Assembly: GCA_964407715.1 (NCBI GenBank) | Contig: CAYOWP010000004.1 | Coordinates: forward strand, 1 to 64,000 | Source of the DNA: an uncultured archaeon | GTDB taxonomy: Archaea; EX4484-52; JAADEF01 | Length of the DNA stretch: 64,000 bases | Reading direction: 5' to 3' | In this document: positions 10,633 to 20,823 of the stretch, piece by piece | How positions within the stretch are numbered: the stretch's first letter is position 1 | Layout: each line of letters starts with the position of its first letter | Position numbers and translations under genes: made by a program | Notes under the pieces: model-generated | Told to the model about the DNA's origin: nothing | What the model saw: the letters and a program-made list of their open reading frames with translations, nothing else | Databases searched by the model: none

Positions 10633-11703
10633 ATGACACATAATTTAGAGGAAATATTAAGCAAAATCTCCTCTATAATAGATAAAAAGAACAGCATACC
10701 TAAGGGATATGTAGAGTTAGAAGATATTATGATGGCTGATTCTGAGCAGGACCCGCTTTATGATAAAAAACCATTTAAAGAAATAAACGCATACAATCTA
10801 GATGACATAAAACATCTTAAGATGGATATAGAGTCTTCTCTTTTTGGTGTTGATGGAAGCAGCAAAAGTGTAGTAGATACAAATGAGTTTGCGATTTTAA
10901 TGTGTAGGATAGTAGGTACAAATCTCAAAAAAAGATATATCTCTGAATATATTTCCTTTGCATATCTTGAAAATGAAAAGGAATATGTATTGGAGCATTA
11001 TTTTATAAGAGGAATGAGATTATTTGATGATGGAAAAATAGGAAATTTTGATGCATATGATACGAGATATACATTCAAAGGCAAACGTGCTGATCCAAAG
11101 GAAATAGCATCTATTCTACGTAAATTTGGAGAATGGAAGATAGTGGAGAAAATAATGGAGGAAGAGGAAAATGCTATCATAATCAAAGATGGAGGATTAC
11201 ACTCAACAGTAAAAGAAGAATCTCATCTCATTAATGAAGTAATCAAAAAGCAAAGAGATAATCTCTTTGCAGGATTAATTAAAAATAACCTGTTGATAAC
11301 TACGACTGGTAGAAATCTGATTTATGATGCCATGATATATGTTGAATCGAAATATGAATATAAGAGATGGTTGTTTGGAGAGATTGCCATAGGAAAATAT
11401 GATATTCACCCTGCTAAGATATTTATAGCAAAATTTCATGAGAGTTCAAGACCTTATAGAATAGACATCCCTAAATCCTTAGAAAAGGATAATGTGATTG
11501 AGTTAATAAATGCTATATCTCTCTATACTAATGATAGCGATTTTTTGGGATATCCATATATCTTGGTAATGGCTGATAGGGAGAGCAATATAAAGGATCA
11601 CGAAATTATTAAATATAAGAATGCTCTCCTGTATAAATCAAAGAAACTAAGAGAAATGGACAAGTTGTTTGAGGATATACATAAAATGTTATGGAAAATG
11701 TGA
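10633..11703 (+). CDS. nurA: NurA-family 5'-3' nuclease
   Basis: FGVDGSS, IIIKDGGL, GYPYIL.MAD motifs typical of NurA. Confidence 0.8.
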   Translation: MTHNLEEILSKISSIIDKKNSIPKGYVELEDIMMADSEQDPLYDKKPFKEINAYNLDDIKHLKMDIESSLFGVDGSSKSVVDTNEFAILMCRIVGTNLKKRYISEYISFAYLENEKEYVLEHYFIRGMRLFDDGKIGNFDAYDTRYTFKGKRADPKEIASILRKFGEWKIVEKIMEEEENAIIIKDGGLHSTVKEESHLINEVIKKQRDNLFAGLIKNNLLITTTGRNLIYDAMIYVESKYEYKRWLFGEIAIGKYDIHPAKIFIAKFHESSRPYRIDIPKSLEKDNVIELINAISLYTNDSDFLGYPYILVMADRESNIKDHEIIKYKNALLYKSKKLREMDKLFEDIHKMLWKM

Positions 11704-11709
11704 AGTGCT

Positions 11710-13095
11710 ATGGAAGAGAGAATATTCAAGGCATATGATATAAGGGGTTTGTTTGAAAAAGAAATAGATTTGGATGATATAGAAGATATCTTCTTTTCGA
11801 TATTGGATGTGTTCAAACCTACAACAATCTCAATAGCTCATGATGCGAGGAAAGAAAACATAATGATATATGAAAAAGTGAAATCTCTTTGTGAGAAGAT
11901 AAATAATATCCAGGTGTTCTTCTTAGGGAGAGTGCCAACAACAATCTTTTATATTTATAACAAATTAAAAAATATAGATATTGGCATAATACTTACAGCA
12001 TCACATAATCCTAAGGGATATATAGGAATAAAGATTGTTAAAAAAGGAGAGAGCATTTCTCCGGGTGATTTAAAGAAGATAAAGGAAATTGCATTTGAAT
12101 ACAAAAAAAAGAAAAAATTTGAGATCAAAGACACTAAAAACAAAAGCATTAGAGAGATAAGTTTAGATGAGATTTTGGAGGTGTACTTCGAATATTTAGT
12201 GAATTCAATTCCATTAAAATACAAAAGAATCTCAGGAGATCCTCCAAAGATAATATTTGATGTGGCATCAGGATCTTTTTCAAGCCCTTTTATAGAGGGT
12301 TTCCTATTGAGGTTAAAAGAACTTGTAAACATTGAATATGATCTCATTAATCATGTGGATGACAAAGGAGAATTTAAATCTCATCCTCCAGATACATCAA
12401 ATATAAACAATTATAGAGATCTCATAGAGAGGTGCAAAGCAAATAGATCCTGGGGAATCGGCTTTGATGGGGATGGTGATAGAATACTCGTGGTTGATCC
12501 AAGAGGAATTGTATACCCATCAGAATACATAGCATATCTAATAAGCAAATATTATGAATTTAAAAATATCCTTATTGAGGTTTCTGTATCAAAATATGTG
12601 AGTGATCTCATGGAAAAAGAAGGGATGAACATAAAGATGATCAGAACAGGGCATATTTTTATGGAGGAAAATATGAAAAGTTGTGGAATGGAAATTGGTG
12701 TGGAGAGATCAGGGCATTTCTATTTTAAAACAAGAAAATATGGTTATGTTGAGGATGCTATTTTAATAATGGTACTCTTTCTCTTTGTTATCTCAGATAC
12801 TGCTGAGAGAGAAAAAATCATGGAAAATAGTGTTAGGGATTTAAATTATTTTTATGATGTTAAAAAGATAGATTTTGAGGGCGGTTTCTTAGCTATTAAA
12901 AACACAATAAGGGATCGCTTCAGAGAATGCAATATCATAGAGATAGATGGAATAAGAGTTGAATGCGACAAGCATGGTTTCTGGTTTCTTATAAGAAAAT
13001 CAAATACAGAAGACATTGTAAGGATCATAGTTGAGAGCAAAAGCAAAGAAAAATTGGATGAGATAAGGGAAGAGCTATTGTCTCTTATCAGATAA
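11710..13095 (+). CDS. Phosphomannomutase/phosphoglucomutase family protein
   Basis: FKAYDIRG, TASHNP, FDGDGDR, ERSGH, RKSNTE motifs. Confidence 0.93.
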   Translation: MEERIFKAYDIRGLFEKEIDLDDIEDIFFSILDVFKPTTISIAHDARKENIMIYEKVKSLCEKINNIQVFFLGRVPTTIFYIYNKLKNIDIGIILTASHNPKGYIGIKIVKKGESISPGDLKKIKEIAFEYKKKKKFEIKDTKNKSIREISLDEILEVYFEYLVNSIPLKYKRISGDPPKIIFDVASGSFSSPFIEGFLLRLKELVNIEYDLINHVDDKGEFKSHPPDTSNINNYRDLIERCKANRSWGIGFDGDGDRILVVDPRGIVYPSEYIAYLISKYYEFKNILIEVSVSKYVSDLMEKEGMNIKMIRTGHIFMEENMKSCGMEIGVERSGHFYFKTRKYGYVEDAILIMVLFLFVISDTAEREKIMENSVRDLNYFYDVKKIDFEGGFLAIKNTIRDRFRECNIIEIDGIRVECDKHGFWFLIRKSNTEDIVRIIVESKSKEKLDEIREELLSLIR

Positions 13096-13677
13096 CAAAC
13101 CTTCAGCAGCTCTCTTTGCTTCCTCATAGAGGTTCTCTAATGTCTTATAGAAAAGTTCTATGTTTCCCTCTTTAAAAGCCTTCTTAAATTTTTCCATTTC
13201 CTCATCAGTGGGTTGCCTCATTTTTTTCTCATGTATTTCTATATTGTGAACATATGTTCTATATCTATCCTCAGGATCCTCAAATCCTCTCCAAAGAAAA
13301 CTCATATATATGGATTCGGCAGATACTTCTTTAGCAAAATATAATCCGCAAATGAGAGTGTTGAGGTGGTTATCCCCACAGGAATAAACATCAAATCCTG
13401 CATATTCCTTTTCAGGCCAGGTATGTATTGAGATGTGTGATTGCTTGAGTATCAGGATTATGCTTGCTCCTCCTTTTTTTCCGCTAAAATTGACTACATA
13501 TGAACTCATAACATCCAGGTTTGAAAGATCACATACCTCATATGCCTTGTCTAAAAGATATTTTGTATCAGAAATCTTTTTATGATTACATCCCGAAAGT
13601 TCTGCTATGAGATGGTATCCATACTGCTTTGGCTTCTCAGCCCTCCCCAAATATCTCACAAATTTATCATACTTCAT
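13075..13677 (-). CDS. speD: Pyruvoyl-dependent decarboxylase proenzyme, S-adenosylmethionine decarboxylase family
   Basis: YGYHLIAEL, SHISIHTWPE, DVYSCG motifs; cleavage site reads QSH instead of ESH. Confidence 0.8.
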   Translation of the reverse strand: MKYDKFVRYLGRAEKPKQYGYHLIAELSGCNHKKISDTKYLLDKAYEVCDLSNLDVMSSYVVNFSGKKGGASIILILKQSHISIHTWPEKEYAGFDVYSCGDNHLNTLICGLYFAKEVSAESIYMSFLWRGFEDPEDRYRTYVHNIEIHEKKMRQPTDEEMEKFKKAFKEGNIELFYKTLENLYEEAKRAAEGLLSDKRQ

Positions 13678-13723
13678 AAAGTTAATTATAATATAAGGAA
13701 ATTAAATATATTTTTTTAGAAAT

Positions 13724-14224
13724 TTACCATTTCCATCCTTCTTTTCTCATCAATCCAATAATATTTGTACATTCAACTCCAAATTGCTTACAAACAAAGG
13801 GAATATTAACCTTGTTTGGTCTAAATCTCTCTTCTGTGATTATTACCCTTACTTCAACTTTTGGTACTAATTTGTATTGTTTTTCTTTTTCCAAAGCTAA
13901 CGCTATAAGCCAAGGATCAGCATCTATCTCTTTATCGGTGTCTATTATTCCTGGAAATTTGGCAGTGATATCTTTCATAATCTTTATTTGTTGAGGTGTA
14001 ATATCTTTAAACATAGTCCTTCTTTCTTTTGCCCACTTATATGCTGAATCATACTTTTTTGAAAGTTCCTTTAAAACAAATTTATGAGAGATTAATCTCT
14101 CTTCTCTAATAAGTCCATCTAAATTCTTCCATAATCTCGGAAAAATGTCTAAAGGATATAACCTAAATAAATCTATTATCGAACATGTGTCTATAATATA
14201 TATGAATCTCTTGGTATGGTTCAT
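13724..14224 (-). CDS. DUF4411 family PIN-like protein
   Basis: YIIDTCSII, ADPWLIALA, VIITEE, IPFVC motifs; directly downstream of an HTH-M78 gene. Confidence 0.85.
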   Translation of the reverse strand: MNHTKRFIYIIDTCSIIDLFRLYPLDIFPRLWKNLDGLIREERLISHKFVLKELSKKYDSAYKWAKERRTMFKDITPQQIKIMKDITAKFPGIIDTDKEIDADPWLIALALEKEKQYKLVPKVEVRVIITEERFRPNKVNIPFVCKQFGVECTNIIGLMRKEGWKW

Positions 14225-14229
14225 CCTTA

Positions 14230-15390
14230 TTACCTCCTAAGAAAAGAAAGTATTTTCTCGTAATGGTTAGATTTTATCCCCAGATATTCCAAAGCTTGAT
14301 CAAATGTTATATTTCCTTTTTCAAGATTCACTTCAACCAAGGAGATAAACTTCTCACCTTTTTCAACTATACACCTTTTATATGGTGGTAAAAATCCTTC
14401 TTTTTCAGCAAATTTCTCCTTTCTTATCATTTCCTCATATTTTTCTTTAGTTAAATAACCCAACTTTACCATATTGTAAAGTAGCATGCCTTTACTGATT
14501 TTATATCTTTTAGACAATTTTCTTAGCGTATCTTTTTCAAAAAGCACTGTTTTGTTTTCATCAAATATTTTCTTAGCTATTTTTTGCGGAAATAAAAATT
14601 CAGAAGCAAAATCATTGCACCATTTTTCTATCTTGTTAATTTTTATTTTATCCAATAATGACAAGGATTCCTCAGGTAAATCTATTCCAGATCTTTTTAG
14701 TAAAATATGCCCAAATTCATGAATAAGCGTGAATAATCTTGGTTCGACCTTTTCTTTGGAGTTTATAACGATTACGAAAGGTTCTTCATCCGCTAGCGTA
14801 AATCCACGAGCATCTTCAATAGGCATTGGAATTTGAAATACGAAAATATTCAAATTTTCAATCTTTTTTCTGAGAAAATTGAATGCCTCATACGCATTTC
14901 TCCATCTTGTTTGAACTTCTTCATCTATTCCAAAATCATCCCTATATTCTTTAGCTATTTCTAATGGATCTTGTTCTATGCTAACATGTTTTATGGTTGG
15001 CTTTGTACTTATTCCCAAATTTTCAAGTAAGCTCTTGGCAATTTTTTGTAATCTTCTTGCTAATCTAATAGCCAAAAGAGTTTCTCTGCTAAAAACTCCT
15101 TCCTTATCTGGTAACATTCTATAATCCTTAGGTAGTGGTTTTTCTTTTGGTGGAGCCGGCAAGAAAAATACAGATAAAGGCCTTTTAACATACTTAGCTA
15201 AATTTTCTAATTGTCTAAGAGTAGGTTTCTTCTCACCAATTAACCAAGCTTTTATATTCTCTTCCGAAACTTTGAGCTTTTTACTTAGCTCTTCAACTGT
15301 CCATCCAGAGGTCTCAATAGCCCATCTGAGCACTTCTGGCTTAACCTCAACCTCAAATGTTTTGGTTGTCATTTTTTCATCCCCTTTCAA
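14230..15390 (-). CDS. XRE-family HTH + ImmA/IrrE (M78) zinc metallopeptidase
   Basis: N-terminal HTH (ELSKKLKVS...W..GEKKPT..QL); RLFTLIHEFGH (HExxH); EKWCNDFASEFL. Start may be 15372. Confidence 0.9.
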   Translation of the reverse strand: MKGDEKMTTKTFEVEVKPEVLRWAIETSGWTVEELSKKLKVSEENIKAWLIGEKKPTLRQLENLAKYVKRPLSVFFLPAPPKEKPLPKDYRMLPDKEGVFSRETLLAIRLARRLQKIAKSLLENLGISTKPTIKHVSIEQDPLEIAKEYRDDFGIDEEVQTRWRNAYEAFNFLRKKIENLNIFVFQIPMPIEDARGFTLADEEPFVIVINSKEKVEPRLFTLIHEFGHILLKRSGIDLPEESLSLLDKIKINKIEKWCNDFASEFLFPQKIAKKIFDENKTVLFEKDTLRKLSKRYKISKGMLLYNMVKLGYLTKEKYEEMIRKEKFAEKEGFLPPYKRCIVEKGEKFISLVEVNLEKGNITFDQALEYLGIKSNHYEKILSFLRR

Positions 15391-15541
15391 ACAATATACC
15401 TAACCAAGCAAATAACAAACCTAATATAAAGACTATTATCCTTTCACTAAAGTTTAGATTAGAAACAAAAATAGATATAACTATTGCTACAAATCCTAAC
15501 AATACTGCCATAGCTGTCCCCGAAAGAATATTATTACTCAT
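15377..15541 (-). CDS. Small two-TM membrane protein (54 aa)
   Basis: GGAGGAGGTGA RBS before ATG at 15541 (MSNNILSG...); two hydrophobic helices. Confidence 0.65.
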   Translation of the reverse strand: MSNNILSGTAMAVLLGFVAIVISIFVSNLNFSERIIVFILGLLFAWLGILFERG

Positions 15542-15591
15542 CTTTTTCACCTCCTCCACCAAACACCCACTAGCATAGGATTTTATTTTCT

Positions 15592-15771
15592 CTATCTGCT
15601 CCATTTTTCTAAGAATTTTATTAATTGCTTTATCTCATTTCTTGCCTCTGGTGGTATAATTATGTTACTAGTAGTTTTCCAAGTACCATTCCATCTTGAT
15701 TCTGCTATCGTAAAATAAAAATCAACAGGATGACTTTTTGAATTTATTATGACATGATTAGGTCTTTTCAT
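15592..15771 (-). CDS. Small ORF (59 aa, MKRPNHVIINSKSHPVDFYF...), possibly a truncated gene remnant
   Basis: Translated by hand and below the ORF-track cutoff; frame stays open 14 codons upstream without a start codon. Confidence 0.4.
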   Translation of the reverse strand: MKRPNHVIINSKSHPVDFYFTIAESRWNGTWKTTSNIIIPPEARNEIKQLIKFLEKWSR

Positions 15772-15880
15772 CCTCTCCCATCCTTCACTGCCAAATCTCT
15801 CAAGAATTAGGAATTATATTTTATAAGATGGGTAAAAAATTTATAAATTTTTTGAATTCGGGAGGCATTTCAAAAGTATT

Positions 15881-16843
15881 ATGGATAACAAAAAAGAGAG
15901 CATACCGATTATTCCTTCTGAGTTCAAGGCAAGGTATCACAAACTTTTGGGCAAGGAAAACAAAACATTCTTAAGATATTGCATGAAACCCCTAAAAAAG
16001 AGCATACGTCTCAATCCCATAAAAACAGATATTAAGGAAATCAAAAAAAGGTTAGAGGAAAAATATGGATGGAAACTCAAAAAGATTCCATGGTATAAAT
16101 ATGGCTTCTGGATAGAAAATGAAGATGTAAAGGAAGGTGTTGTTGGAAATACATTAGAACATTTTATGGGATATTATTATGTGCAGGAAGCTGCATCAAT
16201 GATTCCTCCTGTTGTTCTTGATCCAAATGAAGATGATTTAGTATTGGATATGTGCGCAGCTCCAGGATCAAAAACAACACAAATATGTGAGATGATAAAC
16301 AATAAAGGCACAATAATAGCAAATGATGTAGATATTCCAAGAATAAAGGCATTAAGGTTTAACATAGAAAAACTTGGATGTGCCAATGTTGTTGTTACAA
16401 GAATGGATGGAAGAGAATTTAGCAAAACTAAGTTGAAATTTGACAAAGTACTAGTGGATGCGCCATGCTCTGCAGAGGGTACAATACGAAAGGATTGGAA
16501 AGCATTATCAAGGTGGAGCATAAATCTAATAAAAAGCATTTCAGGATTGCAAAAGAAATTGATATTGGCTGCTTATGATTCTTTAAAGGAAGGTGGTACA
16601 CTTGTGTATTCAACGTGTACTCTTTCTCCAGAAGAAAATGAAGGAGTCATAAATTATCTCATAGAGAATAGAGAGGGAGTCAAAATAAAGAAAATAGATA
16701 TTCCTGGGATTAAATATCATAAAGGAGTCGTTGAATGGGAAAAAGAAAAGTATTGCTCAGATGTAAAGAAAATAGCAAGAATATATCCACATGATAACGA
16801 CACAGAAGGATTTGTAATAGCAAAAATTGTCAAGGAAACATGA
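15881..16843 (+). CDS. NOL1/NOP2/Sun RNA cytosine-C5 methyltransferase
   Basis: YVQEAASM, VLDMCAAPGSKTT, VLVDAPCS, LVYSTCT..PEENE motifs. Confidence 0.95.
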   Translation: MDNKKESIPIIPSEFKARYHKLLGKENKTFLRYCMKPLKKSIRLNPIKTDIKEIKKRLEEKYGWKLKKIPWYKYGFWIENEDVKEGVVGNTLEHFMGYYYVQEAASMIPPVVLDPNEDDLVLDMCAAPGSKTTQICEMINNKGTIIANDVDIPRIKALRFNIEKLGCANVVVTRMDGREFSKTKLKFDKVLVDAPCSAEGTIRKDWKALSRWSINLIKSISGLQKKLILAAYDSLKEGGTLVYSTCTLSPEENEGVINYLIENREGVKIKKIDIPGIKYHKGVVEWEKEKYCSDVKKIARIYPHDNDTEGFVIAKIVKET

Positions 16844-16854
16844 AAATTTTTATA

Positions 16855-17140
16855 TGTTAACCTAATTTCAAAACTTGGTTAAGAGGAAAGATAAGCTCGT
16901 AGGAGGTCATCCAACAGCAGCTAACCTTTTTGATTGGTTAGCTGCTCCTAAAGCCCTTGTGTTAGCGATCTCCTCGCGTTAACCAGTTATTTTTAAAAAA
17001 TGGTTAAGGGGAAAATGTCCTCTTAATGAAGCACATTGCAGCAGCTAACCTCAGAAAGCGGTTAGGAAGCTGCTAACCTCTTTGAGTGGTTAGCTGCTTC
17101 AAAACCTTTGGGAAAAGTGGTATCTTCGCATTAACCAATC
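16855..17140 (-). repeat. Tandem array A2 of modular palindromic units (opposite orientation to A1)
   Basis: TTAACC hairpin arms at ~16856, 16978, 17130; perfect GCAGCTAACC-N9-GGTTAGCTGC at 16917-16945. Confidence 0.88.
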
Positions 17141-17195
17141 TCAGATCAGTTGCATTTCGGGGTGTAAAACTTGTGGTATCAAATGCGTCAATTAA

Positions 17196-17270
17196 CGAGC
17201 CCGAGGGGATTTGAACCCCTGACCTGCAGCTTAGGAGGCTGCCGCTCTAACCAAGCTGAGCTACGGGCCC
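17196..17270 (-). tRNA. tRNA-Arg (CCT)
   Basis: Cloverleaf GGGCCCG...CGGGCTC G; anticodon arm GCAGC-CT CCT AA-GCTGC; GGTTCAAATCC T-loop; CCA not encoded. Confidence 0.96.
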
Positions 17271-17287
17271 GTAACAACACAAGAAGA

Positions 17288-19690
17288 TTACTCTATCTCT
17301 ATGCTATTGCTGTTATGATATTCAATTCTCTTTACATGATGCATCATTACAATGTCCTTTTCAAATGGAATGAATTTCTCATTTATTTTTAAAAGATTTA
17401 TCTCATCTCTCAAACTCATATTCTTATCCTTTTTATATTTCCATACCGCTTTATTTATCTCAATTAAATCCTCAAAATCGACAGAGGAATATATATCAAT
17501 CTTCTCAGGAAATCTCATCTCAATTATATTCTTCTTATATACATCCTTCATGATTTTATATGTAATAAAAGGCACAACAGGATGTAGCATAACCAATATA
17601 TCTTTTAAAATTTTGTGTAATGTATAAAGCGCTGATTTTTGTTCCTCCTGGGAATAAATTCCCTCGGAGTTATATGCACGGGATTTTACCATCTCAATAT
17701 AATGGCTCGCAAAGACATCCCATAGATAATCCCTCAATAATGTTGCAGCATTGTGTATCTCATATTTCATATACCTCTCATATGCCTCATCTATAATGCG
17801 GTTATGGAAACATAACATGCTCTTATCTAAATCCGTAAGTTTATCTAAAGGAAAACTATCCACTATCTCAAAAGCGCTAACAAATCTTGAGACATTCCAC
17901 AATTTTGTAAGAAACTTACTTGCAGATTCTATTCGCTCAAAACTTATTCTAAAGTCTCCTTTATGCATATTTCCCTCAAATGCACACCATAACCTAAAAG
18001 GCTCTGCACCATATCTCTTAAGTATCTCTTGCGGATCTATCACATTTCCCAAACTTTTGCTCATCTTGTTACCATGCTCATCCAACACATGATAGTGTAT
18101 CCACACGTGATCAAAAGCCTCCTTACCTGTCAATAAGTACACTCTGAGCAAGGTATAGTATAACCATGTCCTCACTATCTCCTTTCCTTGAGGTCGCAAC
18201 GTGATTTTGCCTCCTATCTTCTTAAAGAATTCTTGATCCCTCAGATAACCACCAATAAAGAGAGGTGTAATCGAGGAATCAAACCACGTATCAAAAACTC
18301 TTGTCTCTCCTATAAACTCCTTACTTCCGCATTTTGGACATTCATTAACAGGAGGTTTTTCTTTCCATGGAATATAATACCTCCCGGATTCTGGAACAAT
18401 TACTTCACCACATTTCTTGCAATACCATAATGGAATCTCAGTAGCATAGTATCTTCTCCTTGATATAGGCCAATCAAAAGAAATCGTATCTATCCAATTT
18501 TCCAAGATTTGACGCGAATCCTCAGAGAAGAATTTGATTTTCCTTGAAATCTTACGGATCTCGTTCTTGAACTCAACCTGTTTCAAATAAAGCTCCCTTA
18601 ATGGAATAAACTCAATAGGTGTTTTTGTTCTTTCACATACTGGTATTTTATGCCTTATTTTCTCCTTCTTAACCACATATCCCTTATCCTCAAGAATCTC
18701 CACAATCTTCTTTCTCGCATCCTCTACTTTTAATCCTGCTATTGGTCCTGATTTCTCATTCATCTTGCCATCCTCATCTATAAGAATTATTGGCTCAAGA
18801 TTTTGCTCTCTAAAGAATTGAATATCTGTATAATCACCAAAGGAACACATCATCACTAACCCTGTACCAAACTCTTTTTTAGCATAGGGATGTGCTTTTA
18901 TTGGTACTTCCCTATTATAAACAGGCAAAATAGCATGTTTACCATTTAAGTGCTTATATCTCTCATCTTGTGGATTAAAGATTATCATCTGACATGCCCC
19001 TAAGAGCTCTGGTCTAGTAGTTGCTATCACTATCTTCTCTCCTGTTTCCTTAACCTCAAAAGTGATATACACCAAATATCCCTCAACTTCCTTATATTCT
19101 ATCTCAGAATCTGCAACAGTAGTTTTTAACTCCGGACAATAATTGCTTATATATTCTCCCTCATAGATTAATCCTCTTTTCCATAAATCAATAAATGTTG
19201 CTTGAGTCAATGCTCTATACTCGGGCATATCAGTTAAGTATACATCCCCTATATCTGTACCAACATCCCATGAATTAAAGCTTATTCCAAGTCTAAAAAA
19301 AGTCTCTGCACTCTTAAGTGAGTACTCCTCCAATAATTTTTTACATGCCTCTATAAATTCCTCTCGTGTAACTTCCTCAGGAGAGATGTTTAATATCTTC
19401 TCAACAGATACCTCTATCGGCAACCCATTTCTATCCAATCCTAAAGGAAATAAGACCTCATAACCTATTAACCTTCTAAACCTTGCGAACATATCCATTA
19501 ATGTATAGGTTGTTGCATGACCAATATGTACTGGTGAGTTAACATATGGAGGAGGAGTATCTATAGAGTATATCTTCTTATTCGTTTTCTTATTGAACCT
19601 ATACATCTTCTTTGATCTCCATTCCTCAGCTATCTCCAATTCCCAATCTTTATTCCATGTTTTCTCCCTTAACTTAAACTCAGACATCAA
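17288..19690 (-). CDS. valS: Valine--tRNA ligase (archaeal type)
   Basis: IDTPPPY, HIGH, IATTRPEL, DWPISR, DTWFDSS, KMSKSLGN motifs. Confidence 0.95.
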   Translation of the reverse strand: MMSEFKLREKTWNKDWELEIAEEWRSKKMYRFNKKTNKKIYSIDTPPPYVNSPVHIGHATTYTLMDMFARFRRLIGYEVLFPLGLDRNGLPIEVSVEKILNISPEEVTREEFIEACKKLLEEYSLKSAETFFRLGISFNSWDVGTDIGDVYLTDMPEYRALTQATFIDLWKRGLIYEGEYISNYCPELKTTVADSEIEYKEVEGYLVYITFEVKETGEKIVIATTRPELLGACQMIIFNPQDERYKHLNGKHAILPVYNREVPIKAHPYAKKEFGTGLVMMCSFGDYTDIQFFREQNLEPIILIDEDGKMNEKSGPIAGLKVEDARKKIVEILEDKGYVVKKEKIRHKIPVCERTKTPIEFIPLRELYLKQVEFKNEIRKISRKIKFFSEDSRQILENWIDTISFDWPISRRRYYATEIPLWYCKKCGEVIVPESGRYYIPWKEKPPVNECPKCGSKEFIGETRVFDTWFDSSITPLFIGGYLRDQEFFKKIGGKITLRPQGKEIVRTWLYYTLLRVYLLTGKEAFDHVWIHYHVLDEHGNKMSKSLGNVIDPQEILKRYGAEPFRLWCAFEGNMHKGDFRISFERIESASKFLTKLWNVSRFVSAFEIVDSFPLDKLTDLDKSMLCFHNRIIDEAYERYMKYEIHNAATLLRDYLWDVFASHYIEMVKSRAYNSEGIYSQEEQKSALYTLHKILKDILVMLHPVVPFITYKIMKDVYKKNIIEMRFPEKIDIYSSVDFEDLIEINKAVWKYKKDKNMSLRDEINLLKINEKFIPFEKDIVMMHHVKRIEYHNSNSIEIE

Positions 19691-19698
19691 ACATCACC

Positions 19699-20361
19699 TT
19701 ATCTATACCTACATTTATATATCTCGGCAGCCAACTGAGGTAAACTCCTTGTTTGAAGATAGACTCTTCCATTACCGCTTATCTCAAACAAAAAACCTTC
19801 TCCTCCAAAAAAGAAGGTCTTTAACCCACCAATCTTCCTAAGTTTTACATCTAATGAAGAGTCAAATGCCACAAGATTATAGTTGTCCACTAACACGCTT
19901 CCTCCATCTAATTTTATTTCCTCTATGGCTCCATAGACATTGAGATATGCGCTTCCATATCCCCTCAATTTTAGCCAGAATAAACCTCCACGAGAAAATA
20001 TCCCTTTAAGACCAAAAAACTTTGTATCTATCTCTATGTTTCCTGTATTTAAAAGATAAGCCCCATCCCTTACAAAAAGCTCCTCTCCATTTAAAGGAAT
20101 CTCCAATATCTCTCCTGGATATGATGGCGAAAACCATAACTCTGCATTGCTTATTGCTATGAACCTATTTATAAAGAATGTCTCTCCCCCAAATAGAGAT
20201 CTCTTTATGCCCTTGAATATCCCACCAAAAGATTTTGTTTCTATTCTCACATCTCCATTCATGTACATCAAAGACCCAGGTTGCGCATATATCTCTTCTT
20301 CAGGTTCAATAAAAGCCCTTACATAGTCATATCCTTTACGTTCTATAATCTCTGTTTTCAT
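19699..20361 (-). CDS. AIM24/DUF124 (TIGR00266) family protein
   Basis: GGETFFIN, PSYPGEI, GGEG, GRVYLQTR motifs. Confidence 0.9.
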   Translation of the reverse strand: MKTEIIERKGYDYVRAFIEPEEEIYAQPGSLMYMNGDVRIETKSFGGIFKGIKRSLFGGETFFINRFIAISNAELWFSPSYPGEILEIPLNGEELFVRDGAYLLNTGNIEIDTKFFGLKGIFSRGGLFWLKLRGYGSAYLNVYGAIEEIKLDGGSVLVDNYNLVAFDSSLDVKLRKIGGLKTFFFGGEGFLFEISGNGRVYLQTRSLPQLAAEIYKCRYR

Positions 20362-20385
20362 AGAACATCACCTCAAAATCTCATG

Positions 20386-20808
20386 CTATATAACACCACT
20401 ACTCTCCAATTGTTGCCTTATCTTTTCCATTTGTCCAACAACATCCTCGATCATATCATCCAATCTGGTTAACTCTGCACTTGCCTTTTCTTTTAATTTT
20501 TCAAAATATTTTATTGCCTTATCATGAGACATCTCAACAACTATATTTGATCCTATATTAACAAAGAGATTTTTCTTATTTACACTTCCAACCTTTACAT
20601 ACACCCGCGAACTTATTGGTAAAATGTACTCATCATGATCTTCTTTTAATCCCTCAATAGATTTGATGACTATATCATATTCATTTATTTTTTTCTCTAT
20701 TTTTTCCCTTAAGAGAACTAATTGATTTGCCTTTTTTTCATATACATCATACATATACAGCATCTCCTGAACCTTTGATTCCACATCCATATCTTCTTTC
20801 TTTTCCAT
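20386..20808 (-). CDS. pfdA: Prefoldin alpha subunit
   Basis: Coiled coil - beta hairpins (LPISSRVYV, VNIGSNIVVE) - coiled coil; follows aIF6. Confidence 0.88.
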   Translation of the reverse strand: MEKKEDMDVESKVQEMLYMYDVYEKKANQLVLLREKIEKKINEYDIVIKSIEGLKEDHDEYILPISSRVYVKVGSVNKKNLFVNIGSNIVVEMSHDKAIKYFEKLKEKASAELTRLDDMIEDVVGQMEKIRQQLESSGVI

Positions 20809-20823
20809 TTTACACCACCATCT

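Noticed and set aside
17196-17270. tRNA-targeted integrated element at tRNA-Arg
   Set aside because: No integrase and no duplicated tRNA 3' end found by eye in the window
17171-17392. 73-aa ORF on the + strand (likewise 61732-61986 on the - strand)
   Set aside because: Antisense to tRNA genes and neighbouring CDSs
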